From: Mobula birostris
Taxonomy: Eukaryota
Direction: 5' to 3'
Assembly (NCBI RefSeq): GCF_030028105.1
Contig: NC_092374.1
Coordinates: 8,918,998-8,982,997 of the forward strand
DNA length: 64,000 bases
How positions within the stretch are numbered: the stretch's first letter is position 1; each line of letters begins with the position of its first letter. The position numbers and the translations under genes were made by a program. Positions 49,440 to 62,235 of this stretch are shown piece by piece. A model generated the notes under the pieces. The model ran no database searches, was not told where the DNA came from, and was given only the letters and a program-made list of their open reading frames with translations.

Positions 49440-50250
49440 GGCTAAAGCTGTCCAGAACTCTCTTTTGGATCTCACTAACCATCTCACTCACAGTGACACC
49501 CTCTTGTCCCTGACCACAGACCGAATTTGAGGTAGCTAATTTAATGGGTGAATAACCTCTTGAAACAGAGAATCCAGGCAGTTCTCCCCCTCCCTGATGT
49601 GCCACAGTGTTTGAGGCTCAGATTCCAGGTCATCAACTTTGAGCCTGAGTTCCTCGAGCAGCCAACACTTGCTGCAGATGTGGTCAGCAGGAACCACAAT
49701 GGAGTCCACCAGCTCCCACATCGTGCAGCTACAGCACATCTCCTGAGTGTGCATCATCCCTACATTTAATTAGCTGTAATTTAGTGTCTTTTTATTAAAA
49801 AAAAAGCCTTACCTGCTACTTACCTGTGCCTCCTCGCTGAAGCCAGAAGTTCCCACTCCTATACTGGTCCACTCACACAATGGCCGCTATGCTTAGACCC
49901 TGCTTTACTTTTATTTGCTCCTGCAAATTAATCGTGAATTGACTGGTCTGCCACTAATACGTCAAACCCCGCAAAAAAACTCTTCTCCCGACCTGTGCGA
50001 AGCTCTCTCTCTCTGCAAATCGATTGGTCCACTGCCAATGCGCTGAGTCCATGAAATGCTCCTTTTTTATACTCTTCTCCCCGACTTATGCAAAGCTCTT
50101 TCTCTCTATCTGTGAATTGATTGGTTTGCCACTAATGCACCGAGTCCCGCAAAATGCTCCTCTTTCAAACTTCTCTTCCTGATCTGTGCGAAGCGCTCTC
50201 TTTCTGCGAATCAAGTGGTTGGCTGCTAATGCCACATTTCTCTATAACTT
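49440..50250 (-). mobile_element. CR1 LINE 5' fragment (ORF1 zinc finger plus 5' UTR)
   Basis: ORF 49536-49757: CCSCTMWE..HICSKCWLLEELRLKVDDLE. Confidence 0.7.
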
Positions 50251-50589
50251 TCCTGTTATAGAGCCCTCTTTTGCTGGCAATATCCTCGTAAATCTTTTCT
50301 GCACTCTTTAAAATTCAAGCACATCTTTTTCTATAACAGTGTGATGAAAGCTATGCACAATACTTGAAGTGTGGCTTCACCGATGACAAATACAACTCCA
50401 ACATAAATACCCCAACTCCTGAAAGCAATGCCCTGACTGGTGAAGGACTGCATACTAAACACATGTTTAACCGCCCCGTCTACCTGAGATGCTGCTTGCA
50501 ATATATTAGGTCCGTCTGTACCATGGCCCTCCCTAGTGAACTACCATTTATCTGGTTTGACTTTCCATAATTTATCACTTCATTTACTT

Positions 50590-52915
50590 CACTTCACAGT
50601 GTGTGGACAGGCCGACCAGGGGGACGCCATACTAGATCTAGTAGGTAATGAACCGGGTTAGCTCACAGATCTCTCAGTGGGTGAGCATCTGGGGGACAGT
50701 GACCACCGCTCCCTGGCCTTTAGCATTATCATGGAAAAGGATAGAATCAGAGAGGACAGGAAAACTTTTAATTAGGGAAGGGAAAATTATGAGGCTATAA
50801 GGCTAGAACTTGCGGGTGTGAATTGGGATGATGTTTTTGCAGGGAAATGTACTATGGACATGTGGTTGATCTTTAGAGATCTCTTGCGGGATGTAAGGGA
50901 TAAATTTGTCCCGGTGAGGAAGATAAAGAATGGTAGGGTGAAGGAACCATGGGTGACAAGTGAGGTGGAAAATCTAGTCCGGTGCAAGAAGGCAGCATAC
51001 ATGAGGTTTAGGAAGCAAGGATCAGTTGGGTCTATTGAGGAATATAGGGTAGCAAGAAAGGAGCTTAAGAAGGGGGCATGAGAAGGCCTTGGCGAGTAGG
51101 GTAAAGGAAAACCCCAAGGCATTCTTCAATTATGTGAAGAACGAAAGGATGACAGGAGTGAAGCTAGGACTGATTAGAGATAAAGGTGGGAAGATGTGCC
51201 TGGAGGCTGTGGAAGTGAGCGAGGTCCTCAATGAATACTTCTGTTCGGTATTCACCAATGAGAGGGAACTTGATGATGGTGAGGACAATATGAGTGAGGT
51301 TGATGTTCTGGAGCATGTTGATATTACGGGAGAGGAGGTGTTGGAATTATTAAAATACATTAGGATGGGTAAGTCCCTGGGGCCTGAAGGAACATTTCCC
51401 AGGCTGCTCCACGAGGTGAGGGAAGACATTACTGAGCCTCTGGCTAGGATCTTTATGTCCTCGTTGTCAACAGAATGGTACCGGAAGATTGGAGGGAGGC
51501 GAATGTTGTCCGCTTGTTCAAAAAGGGTAGTAGGGATAGTCCGGGTAATTATAGACCAGTGAGCCTTACGTCTGTGGTGGGAAAGCTGTTGGAAAAGATT
51601 CTTAGAGATAGGATCTATGAGCATTTAGAGAGTCATGGTCTGATCAGGGACAGTCGGCATGGCTTTGTGAAGGGAAGATCGTGTTTTACAAGCCTGATAG
51701 AGTTCTTTGAGGAGGTGACCATGCATACAGATGAGGGTAGTGCAGTGGATGTGATCTATATGGATTTTAGTAAGGCATTTGACAAGGTTCCACACAGTAG
51801 GCTTATTCAGAAAGTCAGAAAGCATGGGATCCAGGGAAGTTTAGCCAGGTGGATTCAGAATTGGTTTTCCTGCAGAAGGCAGAGGGTCGTGGTGGAGGGA
51901 GTACATTCAGATTGGAGGATTGTGACTAGTGGTGTCCCACAAGGATCAGTTCTGGGATGTCCACTTTTCGTGGATTTTATTAACGACCTGGATGTGGGGG
52001 TAGAAGGGTGGGTTGGCAAGTTTGCAGACGACACAAAGGTTGGTGGTATTGTAGATAGTGTAGAGGATTGTCAAAGATTGCAGAGAGATATTGATAGGTT
52101 GCAGAAGTGGGCTGAGAAGTGGCAGATGGAGTTCAGCCCGGAGAAGTGTGAGGTGGTACACTTTGGAAGGACAAACTCCAAGGCAGAGTACAAAGTAAAT
52201 GGCAGGATACTTGGTAGTGTGGAGGAGCAGAGGGATCTGGGGGTACATGTCCACAGATCCCTGAAAGTTGTCTCACAATGAAAAGGGTAGTTAAGAAAGC
52301 TTATGGGGTGTTAGCTTTCATAAGTCGAGGGATAGAGTTTAAGAGTCGCGAGGTAATGATGCAGCTCTATAAAACTCTGGTTAGGCCACACTTGGAGTAC
52401 TGTACTGTGTCCAGTTCTGGTCACCTCACTATAGGAAGGATGTGGAAGCATTGAAAAGGGACAGAGGAGACTTACCAAGATGCTGCCTGGTTTAGAGCGT
52501 ATGCATTATGATCAGGGATTAAGGGAGCTCGGGCTTTATTCTTTGGAGAGAAGTGGATGAGAGGAGACATGATAGAGGCGTACAAGATAATAAGAGGAAT
52601 AGATAGAGTGGATAGCCAGCACCTCTTCCCCAGGGCACCACTGCTCAATACAAGGGGACATGGCTTTAAGGTAAGGGGTGGGAAGTTCAAGGGGGATATT
52701 AGAGGAAGGTTTTTTACTCAGAGAGTAGTTGGTGCATGGAATGCACTGCCTGAGTCAGTGGTAGAGGCAGATACACTAGTGAGATTTAAGAGACTACTAG
52801 ACAGGTATATGGAGGAATTTAAGGTGAGGTGTTATATGGGAGGCAGGGTTTGAGGGTTGGCACAACAATGTGGGCTGAAGGGCCTGTACTATGCTGAACT
52901 ATTCTATATTCTATG
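50590..52915 (+). mobile_element. CR1 LINE, 5'-truncated; same subfamily as 32249-34871, opposite orientation
   Basis: Near-identical translations (MNWDDVFAGKCTMDMWL, EGWVGKFADDTKVGG). (ttctat)n tail. Confidence 0.92.
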
Positions 52916-53199
52916 TATACTCACCTGTCTTGAAATCCATTTGTCACTCATCAGCCCGTTTCCATAACTGATCAACATCTCCCTGTAACCTACAATAACC
53001 TCTTTTGTAAGAAAGATGTGCTGATAATATTAATTCACAAAAATGATTCTGGGATCGAAAGGCTTTTCACCTGTGGAGTGATTGATGGTTCTGTGTCTGT
53101 ACTTGCTGGAATTTAGAAGAATGGGGGATGGGGAGATCTCATTGAAACTTATTGAATGTTGAAATGCCTAGACAGAGTGGATGTGGAGAGGATGCTTCC

Positions 53200-53695
53200 T
53201 GTAATGCCCTGGTTCATATTTTTATTGTTATGCTGTATGTATTTCATTTAGCAATTCTGTGAGAGCAGTCTGTTCTGTTTTCAGCTTGTTCGGGTTATTG
53301 TTGAAGAAAAGAGATGAGGAGAAATGTGTGCCATGCAATTAAGATGGTCGAATTAAGGTGAGGTTTCTCGGGTGACGGACACTAAAGTTGGGCTTGGGGC
53401 TTTTGTACGAGAGGGGTGAAGAGGGAAGATACAGGAGAGAAGAGGTTGTCGGATTCGACCCAGAGCAGGGCCATGATTCAACGAAGCCAGGAGCAAGATC
53501 GATTGAGGGTCGGTGACTTTGGAGAAACTAGGAGCTCCAACTTGCGCACATTTGGCTGTTTCATTAAAATGGGCCCTTTTTTTGTTCTTTTCTTTACTAA
53601 CCCTTCAGTCAGATTAAGAATCATAAATATGATCTTTTAATTGTATGCAGTGTATAGTCTTTTGTTTTGTGGCACTGATTAGTAACAGGGTCACA
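53200..53695 (+). mobile_element. Solo LTR-like segment
   Basis: TGTAATGCCCTG ... CAGGGTCACA terminal inverted ends. No matching TSD. Confidence 0.5.
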
Positions 53696-54044
53696 GATTG
53701 CACAGCGTGTGTGTCTGTATCTGTCTGTGGGTGTGTGTCTGTGTCTGTATGTGGCTGTTTGTGTGTGTATGTGTCTGTGTGTCACTCTGTATTTGTGTTT
53801 GTGTGTGTGTATGTATAAGGAGTATGCTTGCCAGGTGCTCTCCGTCACACTGAGTCTTCATTTCATCTCAGCTTTGAGCTGTGAGAACCATGGTTCCAGT
53901 GAAGAGCTAGCATAGCCCAGGCAAGGAGAACCTCCTTGGGTGCTGCTGTCTCCCATTCTATTTCTCTGCATTATCCCTGTACCAAAAAAGACCCAGGTAA
54001 CATGTCTGAACAACTGGCGTGCTGTCACACTCATCTCAATAATA

Positions 54045-57000
54045 AGCTAAGGTTTTGAGAGGCTGGTCAAGGACTACATCTGCAGCTTGCTTCCACCCAC
54101 ACTGGACCCTCTTTAATTCGCCTACTGACACAACCGATTGGCAGATAACGCAAAAGATGCAGCTCTACACACTGTCCTTGCACACCTGGAGAGGAGGGAT
54201 GCTTATGTGTGAATGCTGTTCTTGGGTTACAGTTCAGCATTCAACACCATAATTCCCTCCAGGCTCGACAAGAAGCTCAGAGACCTTGGCCTTCACCCTT
54301 TCGCAGGATTCAAAGAAGGAAGTCTGAGAGTTGGAGCAGGAGTGCGGAGGAAGCCATTTTTGAATTTTTCGTTTTTTTCCCATCGGCGTTCAGAGAGGCG
54401 GGACTGCGCAGGCGTGTGACGTCGGGCAGTGAAGCGCGGAAGCTTTAAAAGGAACAGAGCCTCATACAGCGGGCAGCGGAATTTGCGGGCGGCGGAGTGC
54501 CGGGAGTAGAGTGAAGGCTTAAGGGCTTCGGCTCACCAGGCTTAGGCGGAAACGGGCAAGGCGAGGAAGGTTTGATATTCATTTTTTGTTGTTATTTGTG
54601 GAGAGGGGCAGTATGAGTGTGAGGGCAGTTTGCTGTTCTCGGTGTCAGATGTGGGAGGCCCTGGAGTCTCCAAGCCTCCCGGACGTCCACATCTGCGTCA
54701 GGTGCGCTGAAATGCAGCTCCTAAGGGACCGCGTTAGGGAACTGGAGCTGCAGCTCGATGACCTTCGTCTGGTCAGGGAGAGTGAGGAGTTGATAGGGGT
54801 TACAAGCAGGTGGTCACACCGGGGCCACGGGAGGCAGACCAGTGGGTCACGGTTAGGAGGGGGAAGGGGAAGAGTCAGGTAATAGAGAGTACCCCGGTGG
54901 CTGTGCCTCTTGACAATAGGTACTCCTGTTTGAGTACTTTTGGGGGGGGGGACAGTTTACCTGGGGGAAGAGATAGTGGCCGTGCCTCCGGCACAGAGTC
55001 TGGCCCTGTAGCTCAGAAGGGTAGAGAAAAGAAGAGGAGAGCAGTTGTAATAGGGAACTCGATAGTAAGGGGGTCAGATAGGCTATTCTGTGGACGCAGT
55101 CCAGAGACCCGGATGGTAGTTTGCCTCCCTGGTGCCAGGGTCCGGGATATTTCTGATCGTGTCCAAGATATCCTGAAGTGGGAGGGTGAGGAGCCAGAGG
55201 TCGTGGTACATATAGGTACCAATGACATAGGTAGGACAACGTAAGAGGCCCTGAAAGGAGAATATAGGGAGCTAGGAAGAGAGTTGAGAAAAAGGACCGC
55301 AAAGGTAGTAATCTCGGGATTACTGCCTGTGCCACGTGACAGTGAGAGTAGGAATGCGATGAGGTGGAGGATAAATGCGTGGCGGAAGGATTGGAGCAGG
55401 GGGCAGGGATTCAAGTTTTTGGATCATTGGGACCTCTTTTGGCGCAGGCGTGACCTGTACAAAAAGGACGGGTTACACTTGAATCCTAGGGGGACCAATA
55501 TCCTGGCAGGGAGATTAGCGAGGGCTACTGAGGTGACTTTAAACTAAAATGGTTGGGGGGTGGGAATCAAATTAAAGAGACTAGGAGAGAGGAGGTTAGT
55601 TCACAACAGGTGGATGGGAACCAGTGCAGAGAGACAGAGGGGTGTAAAATGAGGGTAGAAGCAAAAAGTAGTAAGGTGAAAAGTAAAAGTGGCAGGCCGA
55701 CAAATCCAGGGCAAGCATTAAAAAGGACCACTTTTCAACATAATTGTATAAGGGCTAAGAGAGTTGTAAAAGCGTGCCTGAAGGCTTTGTGTGTCAATGC
55801 AAGGAGCATTCATAACAAGGTGGGTGAATTAAAAGTGCAGATTGTTATTAATGATTATGATATAGTTGGGATCACAGAGACATGGCTCCAGGGTGACCAA
55901 GGATGGGAGCTCAACATTCAGGGATATTCAAAATTCAGGAGGGATAGACATGAAAGAAAAGGAGGTGGGGTGGCGTTGCTGGTTAGAGAGGAGATTAACG
56001 CAATAGAAAGGAAGGACATAAGCCTGGAAGATGTGGAATTGATATGGGTAGAGCTGCATAACACTAAGGGGCAGAAAACGCTGGTGGGAGTTGTGTACAG
56101 GCCACCTAACAGTAGTAGTGAGGTTGGGGATGGTATTAAACAGGAAATTAGAAATGTGTGCAATAAAGGAACAGCAGTTATAATGGGTGACTTCAACCTA
56201 CATGTAGATTGGGTGAACCAAATTGGTAAGGGTGCTGAGGAAGAGGATTTCTTGGAATGTATGCGGGATGGTTTTTTGAACCAACATGTCGAGGAACCAA
56301 CCAGAGAGCAGGCTATTCTAGACTGGGTATTGAGCAATGAGGAAGGGTTAATTAGCAATCTTGTTGTGAGAGGCCCCTTGGGTAAGAGTGACCATAATAT
56401 GGTGGAATTCTTCATTAAGATGGAGAGTGACATAGTTAATTCAGAAACAAAGGTTCTGAACTTAAAGAAGGGTAACTTTGAAGGTATGAAACGTGAATTA
56501 GCTAAGATAGACTGGCAAATGACACTTAAAGGATTGACGGTGGATATGCAATGGCAAGCATTTAAAGGTTGCATGGATGAACTACAACAATTGTTCATCC
56601 CAGTTTGGCAAAAGAATAAATCAAGGAAGGTAGTGCACCCATGGCTGACAAGGGAAATTAGGGATAGTACCAACTCCAAAGAAGCAGCATATAAATTAGC
56701 CAGAAAAAGTGGCTCACCTGAGGACTGGGAGAAATTCAGAGTTCAGCAGAGGAGGACAAAGGGCTTAATTAGGAAGGGGAGAAAAGATTTTGAGAGAAAA
56801 CTGGCAGGGAACATAAAAACTGACTGTAAAAGCTTTTATAGATATGTGAAAAGAAAAAGATTGGTTAAGACAAATGTAGGTCTCCTACAGACAGAAACAG
56901 GTGAATTGATTATGGGGAGCAAGGACATGGGAGACCAATTGAATAATTACTTTGGTTCTGTCTTCACTAGGGAGGACATAAATAATCTTCCGGAAATAGT

Positions 57001-59670
57001 AGGGGACAGAGGGTCCAGTGAGATGGAGGAACTGAGGGAAATACATGTTAGTAGGGAAGTGGTGTTAGGTAAATTGAAGGGATTAAAGGCAGATAAATCC
57101 CCAGGGCCAGATGGTCTGCATCCCAGAGTGCTTAAGGAAGTAGCCCAAGAAATAGTGGATGCATTAGTGATAATGTTTCAAAACTCTTTAGATTCTGGAC
57201 TAGTTCCTGAGGATTGGAGGGTGGCTAATGTAACTCCACCTTTTAAAAAAGGAGGGAAAGAGAAACCAAGGAATTATAGACCGGTTAGCCTAACATCGGT
57301 GGTGGGGAAACTGCTAGAGTCAGTTATCAAAGATGTGATAACAGCACATTTGGAAAGCGGTGAAATGTCTGACAAATCTCATAGAATTTTTTGAGGATGT
57401 AACTAGTAGAGTGGATAGGGGAGAACCAGTGGATGTGGTATATTTGGATTTTCAAAAGGCTTTTGACAAGGTCCCACACAGGAGATTAGTGCGCAAACTT
57501 AAAGCACACGGTATTGGGGGTAAGGTATTGATGTGGATAGAGAATTGGTTGGCAGACAGGAAGCAAAGAGTGGGAATAAACGGGACCTTTTCAGAATGGC
57601 AGGCAGTGACTAGTGGGGTACCGCAAGGCTCAGTGCTGGGACCCCAGTTGTTTACAATATATATTAATGACTTGGATGAGGGAATTAAATACAACATCTC
57701 CAAGTTTGCGGATGACACGAAGCTGGGCAGCAGTGTTGGCTGTGAAGAGGATGCTAAGAGGATGCAGGGTGACTTGGATAGGTTAGGTGAGTGGGCAAAT
57801 TCATGGCAGATGCAATTTAATGTGGATAAATGTGAAGTTATCCACTTTGGTGGCTAAAACAGGAAAACAGATTATTATCTGAATGGTGGCCGATTAGGAA
57901 AAGGGGAGGTGCAACGAGACCTGGGTGTCATTATACACCAGTCATTGAAAGTAGGCATGCAGGTACAGCAGGCAGTGAAAAAGGCGAATGGTATGCTGGC
58001 ATTTATAGCGAGAGGATTCGAGTACAGGAGCAGGGAGGTACTACTGCAGTTGTACAAGGCCTTGGTGAGACCACACCTGGAGTATTGTGTGCAGTTTTGG
58101 TCCCCTAATCTGAGGAAAGACATCCTTGCCATAGAGGGAGTACAAAGAAGGTTCACCAGATTTATTCCTGGGATGGCAGGACTTTCATATGAAGAAAGAC
58201 TGGATGAACTGGGCTTGTACTCGTTGGAATTTAGAAGATTGAGGGGGGATCTGATTAAAATGTATAAAATCCTGAAGGGATTGGACAGGCTAGATGCAGG
58301 AAGATTGTTCCCGATGTTGGGCGGGGGGGTGTCCAGAACGAGGGGTCACGGTTTGAGGATAAAGGGGAAGCCTTTTAGGACCGAGATGAGGAAAAACTTC
58401 TTCACACAGAGAGTGGTGAATCTGTGGAATTCTCTGCCACAGGAAACAGTTGAGGCCAGTTCATTGGCTATATTTAAGAGGGAGTTAGATATGGCCCTTG
58501 TGGCTGAAGGGATCAGGGGGTATGGAGGGAAGGCTGGTTCAGGGTTCTGAGTTGGATGATCAGCCATGATCATACTGAATGGCGGTGCAGGCTCGAATGG
58601 CCGAATGGCCTACTCCTGCACCTATTTTCTATGTTTCTATGTTTATGCAGCTGGATCCTGGACTTCCTATCAGATCACTGGCAGGTGGTAAAAATGGGCT
58701 CCCTCACCTCTGCCCCTCTGACTCTCGACACAGAAGCCCCCCAGGGATGTGTCCTAAGCCCCTCCCCAACCTTTACTCTTTGTACACCAATGACTGTGTC
58801 GCCACCCACAGCTCCAGTTAATTTTGCTAACAATACTACATTGATTGGCCTAAATTCAAATAATAATGAGGCAGCCTACAAAGAAAAAGTTATCACCCTG
58901 ACACAGTGGTGTCAAGAAGACAACCTCTCCCTCAATGTTGCAAAAACAAAGGAGCTGGTTGTGGACTACAGGAGGAACGGAGACAAGCTCAACCCTATTG
59001 ACATCAATGGATCTGGGGTTGAGAGGGTGAACAGCTTCAAGTTCCTCGGTAAACATACGACCGAGGATCTTACGACGTCTATACATACCAGCTGTGTTGC
59101 AAAAAAAACAACAGCTCCTCTTTCACTTCAGATGGTTGAAGAAGTTTGGTATGGGCCCCCAAATCATAGGACTTTCTGCTGGGGCACAATTGAGAGCATC
59201 CTGACTGGCTGTATCACTGCCTGGTATGGGAACTGTACTTCCCTCAATCACAGAACTCTGCAGAGAGTGGTGCGGACAGCCCAGTGCATCTGTAGATGTG
59301 AACTTCCCAATATTCAGGACAGGTGTATAAAAAGGGCCCGAAGGATCATTGGGGACCCGAGTCACCCCAACCAACAAACTCTTCCAGCTGCTTCCATCTG
59401 GAAATCGGTACACCAGCATAAAAGCCAGGACCAACAGGCTCAGGGACAGCTTCTTCCACCAGGCCATCAGACTGATTAATTCACACTGACACAATTGTAT
59501 TTCTAAGCTTTTTTGATTGTTCTGTTGTATATCTTACTCTACATACTATTTATTACAAATTACTATAATTTGCACATTGCACATTCAGACGGAGCCGTAA
59601 CATAAAGGTTTTTACTCCTCCTGTATACGAAGGATGTAAGAAATAAAGTCAATTCAATTCAATTCGATTC
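54045..59670 (+). mobile_element. Rex1/Babar-like LINE (54045-54300 and 58647-59670) interrupted by a full-length CR1
   Basis: RT motifs SAFNTIIP before the insertion; SWILDFL, APQGCVLSP and WCQEDNLSLNVAKTKEL after it. (caatt)n tail at about 59650-59670. Confidence 0.85.
54301..58646 (+). mobile_element. Near full-length CR1 LINE (5' UTR, ORF1 zinc finger plus SGNH esterase, ORF2 APE-RT, 3' UTR with octamer tail)
   Basis: ORF1 runs from ATG 54613 to about 55547 with frameshifts and a stop. ORF2 pieces 55553-57394, 57360-57857 and 57909-58550. (ttctatgt)n tail at about 58627-58644. Confidence 0.93.
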
Positions 59671-59899
59671 ATTCACTATCTATTGAATGTGACACAACAC
59701 AACTCTCTGATAATTCAGCCCTCTTTCAACAGGGCAGTGACCCAGGGTGGGCACATAAATCACCCATAGTGGAATCGTGGAGCAGAGTCGATGGGACAAA
59801 TGATCTAATTTTGCTCCTGTGTCTTATGGTCTTATAGTATGACTCCTAAAGTGTCTGTGGCCTCAGCTCAGTGTTAACACCACACTTCTGTCTTCACAG

Positions 59900-60275
59900 C
59901 CGCTGACAATAATAGATGGATCATGGAGATTTCCGGCAAGGTGATAAGGAGACAAGAGAATTCCTTGGTTCTGTTCTGCTCTTTCACTGCCCCTTTCCAT
60001 GAATACAAGGGGAACATCAGCATCATCTGGAAGAATGGGAATTGACACTTTTCAATTACATAAATTATCCATCAGGATGTAGGTTGACAAATCAGATCGT
60101 GGAGAACAAAGATGATCGCTACCAACCTCTGGGGGACCCATGGGAGAACAATGCTTCAAATAATCCCATCTAATAACTAAATAAAGAAGACAGAAGGAAA
60201 GACGTAATATTGTCATGTCGATTTCACAAAAGGCAGGAAAATATGAAATTGCTCATGGAAACATCAAAGTAACAG
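59900..60275 (+). pseudogene. Disabled Siglec-15-like V-set exon (paralog)
   Basis: Acceptor cttctgtcttcacag| and donor CAG|GTGAGG. Fragments translate RWIMEIS..LVLFCSFTAPFHEYKGNISIIWK, LFNY, DRYQPLGDPWENNAS, YCHVDF and GKYEIAHGNIKVT, with in-frame stops and frameshifts. Confidence 0.8.
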
Positions 60276-60647
60276 GTGAGGAGTAATTGCATCTGAAATC
60301 TGCTGAAGAGATTACTGACTACAGTTTGTCCTCCCTCACTCCTGAGGTCTGGGTGTCACAAGCAGGGCTGGATGTTGTTGTTGCTCATTCCTGTGTCTGC
60401 TCGGGTACATCAGAGGACAATAGCATGTTGGAATGCACTCACATCTACTAAAGAGAATTTCAGAAAGAAATTGGGAGGGAATAAAAATAGGATTTGAAAT
60501 GCTGGCAGTCAGTATAATGGACATCCCACAACTATTGACTGGTTCATGGGGAGTAAGAGAGTGGCTAAGAAATGAGAAGATTCCTTCAGGGACGTAAAGG
60601 GAAACCCCGATGAGTTGGGTTCCAGGTAAATGAATACTTCTTATTGG

Positions 60648-62214
60648 TGTATCGTTCTGTTATATTGGCTCCTATATGTCCAGGGGAAATCCTGCCCAGC
60701 ACCTGCCTCAACACTCCCCACAGTGTCGGTCGCCGCCCAAATCAATCCTAAACATCAGTCATCAGCCAGCACACCCAGTAAATTTTAACAAATAAACTTT
60801 ATAGATATTACTAGTTCTATGACATTAATATAAATTTGATACAGAGAGGAAAGTAATGAAAAAAAAAGCGCCAACACTTATCCAAGTCCAAGTTCTTCGC
60901 GCGCTACCGTTGGAGCTCAATCGATTCCTGACGACCACCCGGATCCTGTCGACTCACGGCTCAGGATCACCCGGAGTGATCGACTGGAGCCTTTTGCGCG
61001 TCCGCCGTCCTCCTCGTCTCTCCTCCGACTCCCCGTCTCTCCCCCGACTCCCCATCTCTCCTCCGACTCCCCGTCTCTCCTCTGACTCCCCGTCAAAAAC
61101 CCCCGCACGTCCACCGTCCTCCCCGTCTCTCCTCCGACTCCCCGTCTCTCCTCCGACTCCCCGTCTCTCCCCTGACTCCCCGTCTCTCCACCGACTCCCC
61201 ATCTCTCCTCCGACCCCCCGTCTCTCCACCGTCCTCCCCGTCTCTCCTCCGTCCTCCATCCTCCCCGTCTCTCCTCCGACTCCCCATCTCTCCACCGTCC
61301 TCCCCGTCTCTCCTCCGTCCTCCATCCTCCCCGTCTCTCCACTGTCTTCCCCGTCTCTCCGCCGTCCTCCCCGTCTCTCCGCCGTCCTCCCCGTCTCTCC
61401 TCCGTCCTCCATCCTCCCCGTCTCTCCGCCGTCCTCCCCGTCTCTCCTCCGTCCTCCCCGTCTCTCCTCCGACTCCTCGTCTCTCCTCCGACTCCCCGTC
61501 TCTCCACTGTCCTCCCCATCTCTCCTCCGACTCCCCGTCTCTCCTCCGACTCCCCGTCTCTCCACCGTCCTCCCCGTCTCTCCTCCGTCCTCCCCATCTC
61601 TCCTCCGTCCTCCCCGTCTCTCCCCCGACTCCCCGTCTCTCCTCCATCCTCCCCGTCTCTCCCCCGACTCCCCGTCTCTCCCCCGTCCTCCCCGTCTTTC
61701 CGCCGTCCTCCCCGTCCCTCTTCCGACTCCCCGTCCCTCCTCCGACTCCCCGTCCCTCCTTCGACTCGTCTCTCCTCCATCCTCCGTCCTCCCCATCTCT
61801 CCCCCGACTCCCCGTCTCTCCTCCATCCTCCGTCCTCCCCATCTCTCCTCCGACTCCCTGTCTCTCCTCCGTCCTCCCCGTCTCTCCTCCGACTCCCCGT
61901 CTCTCCTCCGACTCCCCATCTCCCCGTCGTCCTCCCCGTCTCTCCTCTGACTCCCCGTCTCCCCACCGTCCTCCTCGTCTCTCCTCCGATTCCCCGTCTC
62001 TCCTCTGACTCCTTCCCCAAAAACCCCGTTCCCAGTCATATGATACAGCATTGTATCGGAAAACAAAATGACACATGACCACCCATTGGCTGATAGCACC
62101 CTGCTATCTCTAATAACCCAAGCAAATGTCTAGTTAGAGACTGTCTCAGCATTCCCCAGTATAACATAACAAAATAAACCATTTTAAATTTAACAAAAAG
62201 AAAGACCCCGTACA
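60648..62214 (-). mobile_element. 3' LTR of a Gypsy retrotransposon, expanded by an internal minisatellite
   Basis: On the minus strand it starts TGTA immediately after the PPT GGGGGGAGAG (62215-62224) and ends TACA at 60648. The left flank is a CR1 fragment. Confidence 0.75.
61005..62012. repeat. Pyrimidine/purine-asymmetric minisatellite (about 19-bp ccgtctctcctccgactcc and ccgtcctcc variants)
   Basis: About 1 kb of scrambled short units. It produces four long spurious ORFs. Confidence 0.95.
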
Positions 62215-62235
62215 CTCTCCCCCCACCAATAAAAG

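Noticed and set aside
60856-62099. Four 329-381-aa low-complexity ORFs
   Set aside because: Artefacts of a stop-free minisatellite inside an LTR.
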